Source: a virus (lineage: Duplodnaviria > Caudoviricetes). Taken from it: a stretch of 64,000 nt of DNA. Positions 1 to 9,820 of this stretch are shown piece after piece. The stretch covers positions 32,001 through 96,000 of IMG/VR virus record IMGVR_UViG_3300001528_000360; one strand, given 5' to 3'. Made by a program: the position numbers and the translations under genes. Positions within the stretch are counted from its first letter, which is position 1, and every line of letters starts with the position of its first letter. Under the pieces are notes generated by a model, which was given only the letters and a program-made list of their open reading frames with translations, was not told the DNA's origin and did no database searches.

Positions 1-468
1 TATGTAGATGCTGTCAGAGAATCAGGAATTAAGGACATTATTAAGTTAAAAAAGAAAGAATTTAAAGAATCTGAGATCCATGCCTATACTTCCCTTATTG
101 ACTGGAAGTATTTGTATGATGAGTATATCAAACTATTTCCTAATAGTGATCCTAATAGTAGATTTGATTTATTTGAGTTGATTGTAAGAAAAGTTCTTGT
201 TCCTTTCCATCGAGATGCTAAACGAGCAACTCAGGAAATTGATGCTGAACTTAGAAATATCTTTAAAATTATTGGAAATTCAGTTATTAAAGCTGTAGAT
301 GTAGTAAAGGGATTTATTTATACCAACAATGTTGGATATTCATATCCTGAAATGATAAAGTTTGCAACTATTCATGAAGGATTTGAGGAATTTGAAGTAT
401 TAGTAAATCCTACTCCTACTTTAGCAAATGGACTTAAGAATGATAAGTTTGAAACTTTCTTTGAATAA
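1..468 (+). CDS. Hypothetical protein, 3' part (5' end outside the window)
   Basis: Frame is open from base 1 and continuous with ORF 112..468; followed by a hairpin terminator. Confidence 0.65.
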   Translation, partial: YVDAVRESGIKDIIKLKKKEFKESEIHAYTSLIDWKYLYDEYIKLFPNSDPNSRFDLFELIVRKVLVPFHRDAKRATQEIDAELRNIFKIIGNSVIKAVDVVKGFIYTNNVGYSYPEMIKFATIHEGFEEFEVLVNPTPTLANGLKNDKFETFFE

Positions 469-476
469 AAAAAATA

Positions 477-512
477 AGAACTGTATGAGATTAATTTCTC
501 ATACAGTTCTTT
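477..512. terminator. Bidirectional intrinsic terminator
   Basis: Inverted repeat aagaactgtatgaga / tctcatacagttctt between convergent genes. Confidence 0.75.
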
Positions 513-517
513 ATTAC

Positions 518-1189
518 TTATTTGATGAAAGTTGCTACTGGAATACAACTATTATAATCATCATAACGAGATATTTCCATAATAGTTCCTTCAACTTTTT
601 CATCATCTAATGCATATGATGAATATGCATAATATATATCATGATTCAATACTACAGGTTTATTCATTAAATCAATAAAGAAATCATTATATACTTGAAT
701 ATTCAATATACCTATATAATCACTAATAAAGTGATTATATTCTTTTTCAAAATATGTAGTTTTTATTTTTTCGCCATTTTCAAATAATTTGTAATTACCA
801 TATAACAAACCATAATCAAAGCAATAATTATAAACACCATCATTACATATTTTATTATCTGCAGATTCCCCTAAACTAAATACTTCAGTATAAATTTGAT
901 CTAATGATGGTGATAGAAATATAGTTCGATGATATGTATTTTTTACTAATTTATTTTTTGCATCAATTATAGAATCAGCATTATCAACTATAATTTTATT
1001 ATCGCACATATCTGGATTATATATAGATAATCTAACAAATCCTCGTTTATCTGTATATTTAGTTCCAATCTTATTCAGCATTTCCTGAAAATTTTCTGTT
1101 ACTGTTCGTAAAGGACTAATTTCATCATCTTCAATAACAATATAATTTTCTGGTAAATATAATTTATCTAAATACTTAGGTAATATCAC
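518..1189 (-). CDS. Hypothetical protein, paralog of 1693..2370
   Basis: Shares YL(D/N)KLYLPE.YI, SLDQIY, YC.DYGLLY and IPVATF(I/L)K with the neighbouring ORF. Confidence 0.8.
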   Translation of the reverse strand: MILPKYLDKLYLPENYIVIEDDEISPLRTVTENFQEMLNKIGTKYTDKRGFVRLSIYNPDMCDNKIIVDNADSIIDAKNKLVKNTYHRTIFLSPSLDQIYTEVFSLGESADNKICNDGVYNYCFDYGLLYGNYKLFENGEKIKTTYFEKEYNHFISDYIGILNIQVYNDFFIDLMNKPVVLNHDIYYAYSSYALDDEKVEGTIMEISRYDDYNSCIPVATFIK

Positions 1190-1608
1190 TTTTTCATCAT
1201 CCTACCTTTTATAATATACTTTTTCTTTTCTTCATCTGATAGATTATCAAACTCTTTAATTTTATCTTGTAATTTCTTTAATTTAGTGGTAGATCCATCA
1301 CTAATTGAATACTTATATATGTCCTTTCCGCAAAATCCAGATAACCCATAAATATAATTATTAAGATCTGAAAAATGTGATAAGGTTTTCATATTAGTAC
1401 ATTTAACTTTACTATATATTACAGATCCGTCTGATGATATTGGATATGAAACATCAGTATTTTTATAGTGTACTTTTATTCTCGGACCATGTTTAGACTG
1501 TTCATGTGATTTAGGCATAATATTCATTTTATCAATTATTCCACTATCACTTATAAATGTATCTTCTTTAACGGGAATTAAAGAATCTAAAAGATCATCA
1601 TCTATCAT
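1186..1608 (-). CDS. Hypothetical protein (HGPRIKV motif); the true start may be 1661, across a (TA)8 tract
   Basis: 140-aa ORF overlapping the next start; the RBS-associated ATG at 1661 is out of frame by one TA unit. Confidence 0.65.
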   Translation of the reverse strand: MIDDDLLDSLIPVKEDTFISDSGIIDKMNIMPKSHEQSKHGPRIKVHYKNTDVSYPISSDGSVIYSKVKCTNMKTLSHFSDLNNYIYGLSGFCGKDIYKYSISDGSTTKLKKLQDKIKEFDNLSDEEKKKYIIKGRMMKK

Positions 1609-1634
1609 ATTTAATTCATCAATGCTAAAATCAT

Positions 1635-1650
1635 TATATATATATATATA
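1635..1650. repeat. (TA)8 microsatellite
   Basis: tatatatatatatata read directly. Confidence 0.9.
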
Positions 1651-1692
1651 TTATTTTCCATAATAATTTCTCCTTATAATTTTAATAATTTA

Positions 1693-2370
1693 TTATATCT
1701 TAGACTTTAAAAATGTTGCTACCGGGATAAACCAATTACCATTATATAAGTCACTATTTAAAATGATTTTTTCTGTTCTTATGCTATCTAAACTAGTAGT
1801 ATTGTAGCAAAATCTGATATCTTCATTTAAATTTACACTAGAATCATGATCTTTTATAAAATCCTGATTATGAAGTGATACATTTAAACAACCTATATAA
1901 TTATCAATGTTATCATTCCAGACATATCTAAGATAATTTGTTCGAACATGTTCATTTTCATGATATAACTCATGTTTACTATACAGTAATCCATAGTCAT
2001 AACAATATTTACGAATATTTGGAGAGTTATAGTCATTGATATTGTCCTGATTCGTCCATAGACAGAAAGATTCTCCATAAATTTGATCTAACGAAAATGA
2101 CATAAATACATATCTATGATAAGCATGTTTAGCTAATTCATCCTTAGATTCTTTAATAGAAGATTTACTATTAATTACTAAATTATCAGCAGAATTGTTA
2201 TAAATGGATAATACTAAAATTCCATCTCTATGCTTAATTGGTATTTTAGGAATCATTGACAATAATTTAGTAATATCTGTACTTGCATTCAAGCAACCTC
2301 CATCAACAGTATTTAGTACTATTATATATTTTTCAGGCAAATATAATTTATTTAAATATTTAGTTTTCAT
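1693..2370 (-). CDS. Hypothetical protein, paralog of 518..1189
   Basis: Start moved to MKTKYL (2370) because of the AAGGGG RBS, the early-promoter motif at 2409-2418 and alignment to the paralog. Confidence 0.75.
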   Translation of the reverse strand: MKTKYLNKLYLPEKYIIVLNTVDGGCLNASTDITKLLSMIPKIPIKHRDGILVLSIYNNSADNLVINSKSSIKESKDELAKHAYHRYVFMSFSLDQIYGESFCLWTNQDNINDYNSPNIRKYCYDYGLLYSKHELYHENEHVRTNYLRYVWNDNIDNYIGCLNVSLHNQDFIKDHDSSVNLNEDIRFCYNTTSLDSIRTEKIILNSDLYNGNWFIPVATFLKSKI

Positions 2371-2482
2371 ATATAAATATCCCCTTTTAAATATCATTAT
2401 ATACATTAATAATATATATTTAATTTTAGTTTTGAAAAAATAAATAGAGAAGTATGGTTTTCCATACTTCTCTATTTTTATA

Positions 2483-3550
2483 TTAAATATAATCAATTGC
2501 TTTTAATTTATTTGGAGACCATTCAAAGAGCATAAATCTTTTATTAGCTCCAACAAAGCCTTCTTCTTCAGACCAATTATCTGTAGGAACGCCTGAAGAA
2601 AGTCTACGAACCATTACACCATAGAGGTCTCCCTCTTTTTCATGATGAAGATGACCACAATGAACTTCTCTAACCTTTGCATTTGCAAATTCTATAGGAA
2701 ATTCTATTGTAAATTGTCCTCTCATATCATTAGGACTATTCTTAATATTACTACCATGAGTTATTCCAATAAAGCATCCTTCCCAGGAAATGCATTTTCT
2801 AGGTTTTAAAGAATCATCAATATTTAATTTAGGAAATGCAATATTTAACATTTGAACAAATGCCCAGCTCATGCTTTCGTCATGGTTTCCTTTAGAATAG
2901 TATAAATTAACTTTATCTGAATATTTAAAGGACATTTTAATTATATTAAACCAGAATGTTTTAGCGAGATTCCAAGCTTCTCCGAGATCAATTTTTTCAA
3001 TCGGCCTACCAGAAGAAGTCCTTCCTCTAAAGTCATCATTATGGAATAAATCTTGTCCAATAATGATGTTAATTTCTTTCCAATGTTGTTTTGTAATAAT
3101 AGCTAAAATATTCTTTGCCTGCTCAGTATAATTAGAAAATGGAAAATGCATATCAAATAAAGGAATCTCTAGCATATCATGTGAATTATCACACTCACAA
3201 GGTTCAATATCTACAGGTTGAGTGTTTTCACAAATAGTTGCTAAAAGTTTCTCCATTTGAAAATCTGAAACATGTTGTTTTATCCACGCTTGTACAATTT
3301 CTCCATTTTTATCTACTTGGACAGTTGCATCATGAGGAACAAAGTTGGGGTATGTGCCAGCGTATAAAGTAGAATTATCAGCCCAAGTTTTCTTTTTCCA
3401 TCTATGAAGACTCTTTCTAAAAGTTTCCATAGATGTCTCAGGGAATAATGCTCCATAATATTCTGTATAGATTTCTTTATATGTCTTACCCATATTCAGC
3501 ATATCAATGCATTTTCTCTTAATCTTAACATCTATTATAGAAGCAGCCAC
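2483..3550 (-). CDS. Calcineurin-like metallophosphoesterase with N-terminal HTH-like region
   Basis: Motifs DMH, GQDLFHND, GNHD, THG, GHLHH. Confidence 0.8.
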   Translation of the reverse strand: MAASIIDVKIKRKCIDMLNMGKTYKEIYTEYYGALFPETSMETFRKSLHRWKKKTWADNSTLYAGTYPNFVPHDATVQVDKNGEIVQAWIKQHVSDFQMEKLLATICENTQPVDIEPCECDNSHDMLEIPLFDMHFPFSNYTEQAKNILAIITKQHWKEINIIIGQDLFHNDDFRGRTSSGRPIEKIDLGEAWNLAKTFWFNIIKMSFKYSDKVNLYYSKGNHDESMSWAFVQMLNIAFPKLNIDDSLKPRKCISWEGCFIGITHGSNIKNSPNDMRGQFTIEFPIEFANAKVREVHCGHLHHEKEGDLYGVMVRRLSSGVPTDNWSEEEGFVGANKRFMLFEWSPNKLKAIDYI

Positions 3551-3698
3551 TAGTTAATACCTCCAGTCATTTTAGACTTTACATCTATGTTCAAATTTAA
3601 CTCATACCCTCATTTTAAATCTTTTTATATAACGGTTTTCTAATACAAAATATGTACAATTATATAAGACTAAAACGTGTGAAAATTCTAGGAAAGGG

Positions 3699-4544
3699 AT
3701 GATTTTTATGCGACTTAATAAAGAAGAAGTTATTGCGTATTGTATTATGGAAGAATCTTTAGAGCCTGTACAAGCTGATAATGTACAGGTGTTTGATAAA
3801 AATAGTATGTTTTATCTTCGTTTTAATGCTACATTACAAGATTTTAATGTGAAAAATCGTAATGGTCGTATTTATATGGGATCTGCTATGATTCCTTCAT
3901 TGACTGCTGATCATATTATGGAACTTCAGAGAAATGGTTCTTGGTTTGGTGAATGTGGTCATCCGATGTCTGATGATATTAAGCGTATCTTAACGATTGA
4001 TCCTAAGCTTATTTCTCATCGTATTGTTAAGCATGAGGTCAATAACTATAGATGCACTGGTACTATCGAAACTCTGGATACTGAGTTTGGTCGTCAGATG
4101 ACTAAGAGCATTCTTCAGGGTATGAATCCTGCATTTAGTTTAAGAGCTTTAGCTCCTCTGGTTAAAAAGCCTGATGGTACTGCTGTTGTTCAGTCTAAAT
4201 GTCATGCCGTTTGTTATGACTGGGTTATTCTTCCTAGTCATAGAGTAGCTTACAGAGATCAGTCTTCTCCTATTGAGAAGGTTGTTAAAAAACTTGTTGA
4301 AAATGGTAATGTTGTTAATGAAGGTTCTGTTGTTCCTGTAAATGAGAGTGCTATTAAGGACTTTATTTCTATGGAGTCTCAGAATGTTAAGTTAGTATCT
4401 AATCTTTGTGAAGTTGCTCTTGGTGATATGACTTTATCTAAGGATATGCGTCATGTTATTCTTAAAGAGGGTAATGATAGTTTTGTTGTTAAACTTGAAG
4501 ATAAGATCAAATATGATATCAATAATTATATGAGACAGCTCTAA
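3699..4544 (+). CDS. Prohead (capsid maturation) protease, T4 gp21 / phiKZ gp175-like
   Basis: NRNGRIY, GECGHP (His), FSLRA (Ser), YDWVILPSH (Asp); upstream of the capsid gene. Confidence 0.85.
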   Translation: MIFMRLNKEEVIAYCIMEESLEPVQADNVQVFDKNSMFYLRFNATLQDFNVKNRNGRIYMGSAMIPSLTADHIMELQRNGSWFGECGHPMSDDIKRILTIDPKLISHRIVKHEVNNYRCTGTIETLDTEFGRQMTKSILQGMNPAFSLRALAPLVKKPDGTAVVQSKCHAVCYDWVILPSHRVAYRDQSSPIEKVVKKLVENGNVVNEGSVVPVNESAIKDFISMESQNVKLVSNLCEVALGDMTLSKDMRHVILKEGNDSFVVKLEDKIKYDINNYMRQL

Positions 4545-4567
4545 TTTTTTAAGGAGGCTATTACATT

Positions 4568-5017
4568 ATGGATAATAAAATGTTATTTTCCTTAATGGAA
4601 GATGCTCAATTTGTTGATATCATGAATATTGATATTGTACAAGAAGGCTATTGGAAACAATTAGGCTGGGGTATGAAAAACATTTTAGGTAATTTAAAAG
4701 ATGGTGGGAGTCCATTATATACTGGTAATTTTTCAGGTTTACAGTCTAGACTATTGGGCTTTGTTAAGAGTTGTAAGAGTGTAAATGATTGTAATTATCT
4801 TTTAAATGATGCCCGAAGCGCTAAAACTATGATTAATAAATTAAAGGATAATCTTACTAAGTATATTAATAAAGATCCAAATGCTAAAATCAATAAAAAA
4901 GATATGGAAAAACGAGTAAAGATGGGTTTGACTCCTGCTAAGATTGACTCATATTTAAAATGGATTGATAATACATATATTCCGGCTATTAAGAAAAAGA
5001 AAGCTGAACTTAAATAA
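4568..5017 (+). CDS. Hypothetical protein, probably virion head
   Basis: AGGAGG RBS; located in the head module. Confidence 0.7.
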   Translation: MDNKMLFSLMEDAQFVDIMNIDIVQEGYWKQLGWGMKNILGNLKDGGSPLYTGNFSGLQSRLLGFVKSCKSVNDCNYLLNDARSAKTMINKLKDNLTKYINKDPNAKINKKDMEKRVKMGLTPAKIDSYLKWIDNTYIPAIKKKKAELK

Positions 5018-5088
5018 TTATTATAAGTGAATGGTGATTAGTTTCACCATTCACTTTTTTATTTAATAATTTGATTTAATGCTTAGAA

Positions 5089-5100
5089 AACAATAATGTA
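5089..5100 (+). promoter_or_regulatory. Putative late promoter AACA-N6-TA (representative). Also at 7566, 11212, 18175, 20054, 20877, 48632, 56202, 57440 on +, and 3580-3591, 25004-25015, 32837-32848, 35819-35830, 39747-39758 on -
   Basis: Same motif and spacing in intergenic DNA upstream of structural/late genes; matches the AR9 late-promoter consensus. Confidence 0.7.
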
Positions 5101-5138
5101 AGGTTCAAAAGAAATTTCTCTGAAAGGAGTGATTATAT

Positions 5139-6749
5139 ATGTATTTGACAATTGATACTAAGAAAGTTTTAGATAGTAAAAAACCTAAAGTTGATGCTCT
5201 GACAGAATCATTTCATGTTGCTAAAGAGAATCAAACTCCTACAAATGTGATTAATTTCTTATCTTTATATAGAAATACTTCTAAAGATACTATTTTAGAG
5301 AATCTTTCTTCTCTTTGTGATATTGATTCAGATATGACTTTCTCATATTTTGAAAATGTATTAAACATTGCAGAATTGTCTGAAAGTACTTTAAATGAGT
5401 ATAAATCTCATATTCAGTCTTTAATGGAATCTTGTGAAGAAGATCTCTATAAAGATAAATTAACTAATGCTAATAGTAAAATTGATTCTGTCATTGAAAA
5501 TATGAATGATATGAATAACATTCATGATGAAATGATGATGAATCTTGCTGTTAGCAGAATTAGAAAATCTTGCATGTTTGAATCTTATTTAGCAGATGAT
5601 TTAGAGGTTTTAATTTATAATATTAATAGTTCTCCAGAGGTTATTTATGATTATGAACAGATTATCAGAAAAATTAAAACTGATAAGTCAGGAATGTATC
5701 AATCAAGTTATGGTATGCTTCTTATTAAGAATACTGAAATGATTCGTAATTTACAGATTGTTGTTACTGGTGACGTTCTTGAACTGTTAACTAGTATGCC
5801 TAATGTAATTGCTGATAAAATCATTTCTTCTAATATGTCACCTAGTGTTATCAGGAACTTTATTAAGATCTATGATAAACAGATTGTTACTCTGTATTCT
5901 GATTTAAAACGTAATGAACCTAAACAGTATATTTTATATTCAACTTATGTAAGAAATCTTTCTGAAGCTAAGCAAAAAATTCTTGATTCTTTAAAGACTC
6001 CTTTAAAAGAAAATATTGCAGAAATGTCTCCTGATATTATTCTTTATGATGAAGGAGTTATTGAAGATTTTATTGCTGAGATGGAAGATTCTCTTGCAGA
6101 TATTATTTTTGATCCAGGCAAAGAATTAAATGAAACTAAGCTTGAAAATTTTGCTAAATTATATCGTACATATGAAGCTACTAGTAAGCTTCAGAAAGGT
6201 ATGATTTCTGCAGGACATAAAGCTGGAAATACTGCACAGAAAGCTGTTTCTAAGATGAAGTCTAATATGACTGATGCTAAGAGAGCTACTCTTCCTGTTA
6301 AGAAGGCTTTAGATCCTTTTTTTAATTTATTTAGTGATACCATCAATAAATTAAAAGATATGGATAAAAAGGAAAGAACCGAACGTATTATTACAGGAAA
6401 TTATCGTGCTAAATTAGTTAATTTTATTAAACGCGGTATTGTAGGTATTGCTGCTATTGGTGCTGCTGGTGCTGGCGCAAAGGTTGCTGCTGGTATTGTA
6501 TTTTCACCTAAGATTGTTGGATTAATTCTTGCCGCTATTACTATTCTTGTCGGTACAGCCATTGACAAGAAAATTGATAAGAAACATCGTCAGGCTATTC
6601 TTGTTGATCTTAAAAATGAACTTACTCTTGTTGAAGAAAAGATCGAAGATGCTAAGGGTGATGGTGCTCGTGATAAGAAGTATCAATTAATGCGTATTCA
6701 GCAGAAATTGAAGAAAGATATTGAAAGAATTGAATATAATCTGGATTAA
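5139..6749 (+). CDS. Putative internal head / virion protein
   Basis: 536 aa; late promoter at 5089; C-terminal Ala/Gly-rich hydrophobic segment and coiled coil. Confidence 0.65.
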   Translation: MYLTIDTKKVLDSKKPKVDALTESFHVAKENQTPTNVINFLSLYRNTSKDTILENLSSLCDIDSDMTFSYFENVLNIAELSESTLNEYKSHIQSLMESCEEDLYKDKLTNANSKIDSVIENMNDMNNIHDEMMMNLAVSRIRKSCMFESYLADDLEVLIYNINSSPEVIYDYEQIIRKIKTDKSGMYQSSYGMLLIKNTEMIRNLQIVVTGDVLELLTSMPNVIADKIISSNMSPSVIRNFIKIYDKQIVTLYSDLKRNEPKQYILYSTYVRNLSEAKQKILDSLKTPLKENIAEMSPDIILYDEGVIEDFIAEMEDSLADIIFDPGKELNETKLENFAKLYRTYEATSKLQKGMISAGHKAGNTAQKAVSKMKSNMTDAKRATLPVKKALDPFFNLFSDTINKLKDMDKKERTERIITGNYRAKLVNFIKRGIVGIAAIGAAGAGAKVAAGIVFSPKIVGLILAAITILVGTAIDKKIDKKHRQAILVDLKNELTLVEEKIEDAKGDGARDKKYQLMRIQQKLKKDIERIEYNLD

Positions 6750-6764
6750 AGGAGATGAATAATT

Positions 6765-7514
6765 ATGGATATATTTGATATTTTAAAAGAAGCAAAGAAT
6801 CCATCTCCTGCTAAAAAAGTTATTAGAGTTAGTACTAATGATAATACTGACTATACTGAGGAATTAGATGATGCTTCTCCTCAGGCAGATGAGAATATTG
6901 ATGCTACTAGTCAAGAAGATTCAGTTGATTATACTTCTGATATTGAAGAGGTAGAGCCTGGATCTAATGAAGAAACTAATACAGATGAATCTGAAGATGA
7001 TGCTTCTGATAATGACGATGAATCGAATGATTATACTGATAATTTAGATCAGGATGAAGATAATCCTGATCAAGATACTGATGAAACTACTGATGATGGT
7101 GCTCCTGAATCAACAGATTATACTGAAGATGCTGGTGATACCGGAGATGAAACTCAGGATGATGGAATGGGTGATGATACCCAGGATGATCAATCTCAGG
7201 AAGAAGCTAATCCTGAGCAAGAATTAGAGAATAAACAAAACATGGAATTATTAAATCGAACTGTCGAATTATATAATTCCGTATGTGGTATTTGTAATAA
7301 ACTTGATGCTATTACTCATATGAATATTTTAGCAAATAAAGTTAATATTCAAGTAAAACGTAACTTTAATAATCTTTGTAGTTATATCTATAAATTTATT
7401 ACAGGACCGTTTTTGACAAATTCTTATGTTAAGAATCTCTATATTTATAATTTTATCATTCAGACCTATAGAATTAATCTAGAGATGCTTAAGAAAATAA
7501 ATACATTAGAGTGA
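6765..7514 (+). CDS. Acidic head-associated protein (scaffold-like)
   Basis: Long D/E-rich tract with repeated DYT; immediately upstream of the capsid gene. Confidence 0.6.
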   Translation: MDIFDILKEAKNPSPAKKVIRVSTNDNTDYTEELDDASPQADENIDATSQEDSVDYTSDIEEVEPGSNEETNTDESEDDASDNDDESNDYTDNLDQDEDNPDQDTDETTDDGAPESTDYTEDAGDTGDETQDDGMGDDTQDDQSQEEANPEQELENKQNMELLNRTVELYNSVCGICNKLDAITHMNILANKVNIQVKRNFNNLCSYIYKFITGPFLTNSYVKNLYIYNFIIQTYRINLEMLKKINTLE

Positions 7515-7708
7515 TTTTATCTGTACATTACTATAAAAGGTAGGCAGAATCATTCTATTAAACTAAACATTAATTTAAAATAAGCAAAACCTTATATTAA
7601 GTTGTCTTATTTATTTCCATGGCGAATTTGTCTCTTAAAAGTGACAAATAATTTTATTTTAAGAAGTACAAATATATAATTTAATTAAGAAAGGATGTGC
7701 TCTTTATT

Positions 7709-9661
7709 ATGTACGAGTATTTAGATACTGAAAACACTAGCAAAGTTATTGGTTCTTTTTCTCATGATAAAAATGCCGAGTTTAAGGATAGCGTGAAGCA
7801 CCTGTTTGAGAGCTTCCAGAGCTCTTATCAGATGGATGCTATTTCTGATATCTCGAAGATTCTGCGCGTCGACACTCTTAAGGAGGCTTATAAGAATGAG
7901 CTTCTTTCTGACGTTGCCGAGAGCCAGCTTAATGATGAATATTATGCTATGATGCCTGAGAAGCTTGAGCAGCTGTTTGAGAACTCTTCTCTGGAGATGC
8001 TCCAGGAGTCCGGTGTTGCCGCTCTTGCTCCTATCGTTGGTATTACTCTGCCTATCTTGAAGAAGTCCTACATTGAGGGTCATTCTAAGGATATCGTTAT
8101 GACTGAGGTTCCTAGCAAGCCCATTATCAAGGCTGCTTATGAGCGTCGTTTCCTGAAGGATGCCCAGGGTAACAAGCATTACATCCCTGACATTTTCTAT
8201 GATGATTCTTATAAGACCATCATGGCTATGGGTCGTGGTAAGGCTGTGTCTTCCAAATGGTATCCCGAGGGTTCTGAGAAGGTTCCTTTCCAGGATCTTG
8301 ACATTCTTGGCGAATCCGGTGGTTCTATTGCCCGTCGTGATTCTCTTGCTCTCGACTTCTGCATTAAGGCTGTTCAGATTGATGTTAACGGCACTCTTGT
8401 GAATGTTCCTGTTAACATTACTCCGAATCTTGCTGCTAATAGCTCCTTCACTGCTGAGGTTAAGGCCTCTAAGGATGGTACTACTGTTAAGGATCTGGTC
8501 ATTGGTCAGGTTGACTTCTATAATGGTACTGTTTCCGTTGGTTGCACTGGTGGTAAGGTTGCTAAGGTTCAGTTTGGCGGTCATCTGTCTAACGAGAACA
8601 ACAATGAGACCATTGAGCTCGATCGTGAGCGTGAGCTGATGGAGTGGAAGATTCCTGATGGTGTTCGCATCAACACGGGTCTCACTCTTGAAAAGATTAA
8701 GGATTACAAGGCTCTGTTTGATTTCGATATTACTACCGAGATCATTGCTGATATGTCTACCGTTCTCTCCCAGACTGAGGATAGCGATATTCTTGGCTTC
8801 CTGAACGATAGCTATGATACTTGGAAGACTCGCACTGAGCTGCCGTTTGGTTACAGTGATGGCTTCACTGCTGAGGGTTACTTCTCCTGCGAGCCTCCTG
8901 CCAATAAGTTCGTCACTCGTTCTCAGTGGATTGATAGCGAGCTTAAGTATGACCTCAACCGCTTCATTGATGAGCTGAAGGTCAAGCTCCGCAATCAGGA
9001 TCTGATGTTTGTGGTGTATGGTCATCCCAATGTCATCACTCTCATTCAGGATAACGTCCGCTGGGTCATCGACGAGGATACCAAGATTGGTGGCATCCAG
9101 CTCGATTATCGTTTTGGTGTTATGACTGCTAACAAGAATCGTATCCACGTTATCAGCACTATGAAGTGCCCGAAGAGCCGTGGTCTGCGTGTTGTTGCTT
9201 ATCCTCTCACTAAGGAAATCATTACGTTCAAGCACTATAAGTATAGTCTGAACATTGAGAACGCTTATCGTAACGCTCTCACTCCGCTTACTCCGAACGT
9301 CATGGGTACGTCTCGTTACATTACTACCGAGGTTCTGCCTGTTCAGGGTGAGTTCCATGTTATGGATAACCAGTTTGCTCTTAAGGATCCGACTGCTCCC
9401 GCTACTGCACAGGTTGCTACTCCTGTGATTAGCCTGGCTTCCGGTACTTATTCCGCTGCTCAGACTGTTACCGTTGATTGCGCTACTCCTGGCGTGAACA
9501 TCTATTATACCGTTGATGGTTCTGATCCTGTTGTCGGTACTTCTCCTCTGATGAATGCTTCCATTAGCATTGCTGCTACCTCCACTCTGAAGGTTATCGC
9601 TGCTAAGGCTGGTATGATCCAGAGCAATATCGTTACCGCTGAGTACACCATCAATCCGTAA
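7709..9661 (+). CDS. Major capsid protein precursor with C-terminal chitobiase/Fn3-like (CHB_HEX_C-type) domain
   Basis: Strong high-expression codon bias; position after the protease; late promoter at 7566; C-terminus VATPVIS..GTY..IYYTVDGSDP..TLKVIA. Confidence 0.8.
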   Translation: MYEYLDTENTSKVIGSFSHDKNAEFKDSVKHLFESFQSSYQMDAISDISKILRVDTLKEAYKNELLSDVAESQLNDEYYAMMPEKLEQLFENSSLEMLQESGVAALAPIVGITLPILKKSYIEGHSKDIVMTEVPSKPIIKAAYERRFLKDAQGNKHYIPDIFYDDSYKTIMAMGRGKAVSSKWYPEGSEKVPFQDLDILGESGGSIARRDSLALDFCIKAVQIDVNGTLVNVPVNITPNLAANSSFTAEVKASKDGTTVKDLVIGQVDFYNGTVSVGCTGGKVAKVQFGGHLSNENNNETIELDRERELMEWKIPDGVRINTGLTLEKIKDYKALFDFDITTEIIADMSTVLSQTEDSDILGFLNDSYDTWKTRTELPFGYSDGFTAEGYFSCEPPANKFVTRSQWIDSELKYDLNRFIDELKVKLRNQDLMFVVYGHPNVITLIQDNVRWVIDEDTKIGGIQLDYRFGVMTANKNRIHVISTMKCPKSRGLRVVAYPLTKEIITFKHYKYSLNIENAYRNALTPLTPNVMGTSRYITTEVLPVQGEFHVMDNQFALKDPTAPATAQVATPVISLASGTYSAAQTVTVDCATPGVNIYYTVDGSDPVVGTSPLMNASISIAATSTLKVIAAKAGMIQSNIVTAEYTINP

Positions 9662-9695
9662 TTGATTACAATTACTAATTAATAATTAACTTTAT

Positions 9696-9730
9696 GCCCT
9701 AGTATCAGAAATGATACTAGGGCTTTTATT
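9696..9730 (+). terminator. Intrinsic terminator after the capsid gene
   Basis: gccctagtatca / tgatactagggc followed by a T-tract. Confidence 0.8.
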
Positions 9731-9820
9731 TATAGTTTTCGTAAGTTTTCTCTAAAACACATTGAACTTTTATATAAGAAGTATTTCAAATGCATAATAT
9801 ATAAGGAAAGGTGTGTTATT

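Noticed and set aside
7721-9358. 545-aa antisense ORF (likewise 14300..15157, 22059..22760 and other nested ORFs)
   Set aside because: Shadows of strongly codon-biased genes on the opposite strand or frame; no RBS or motifs
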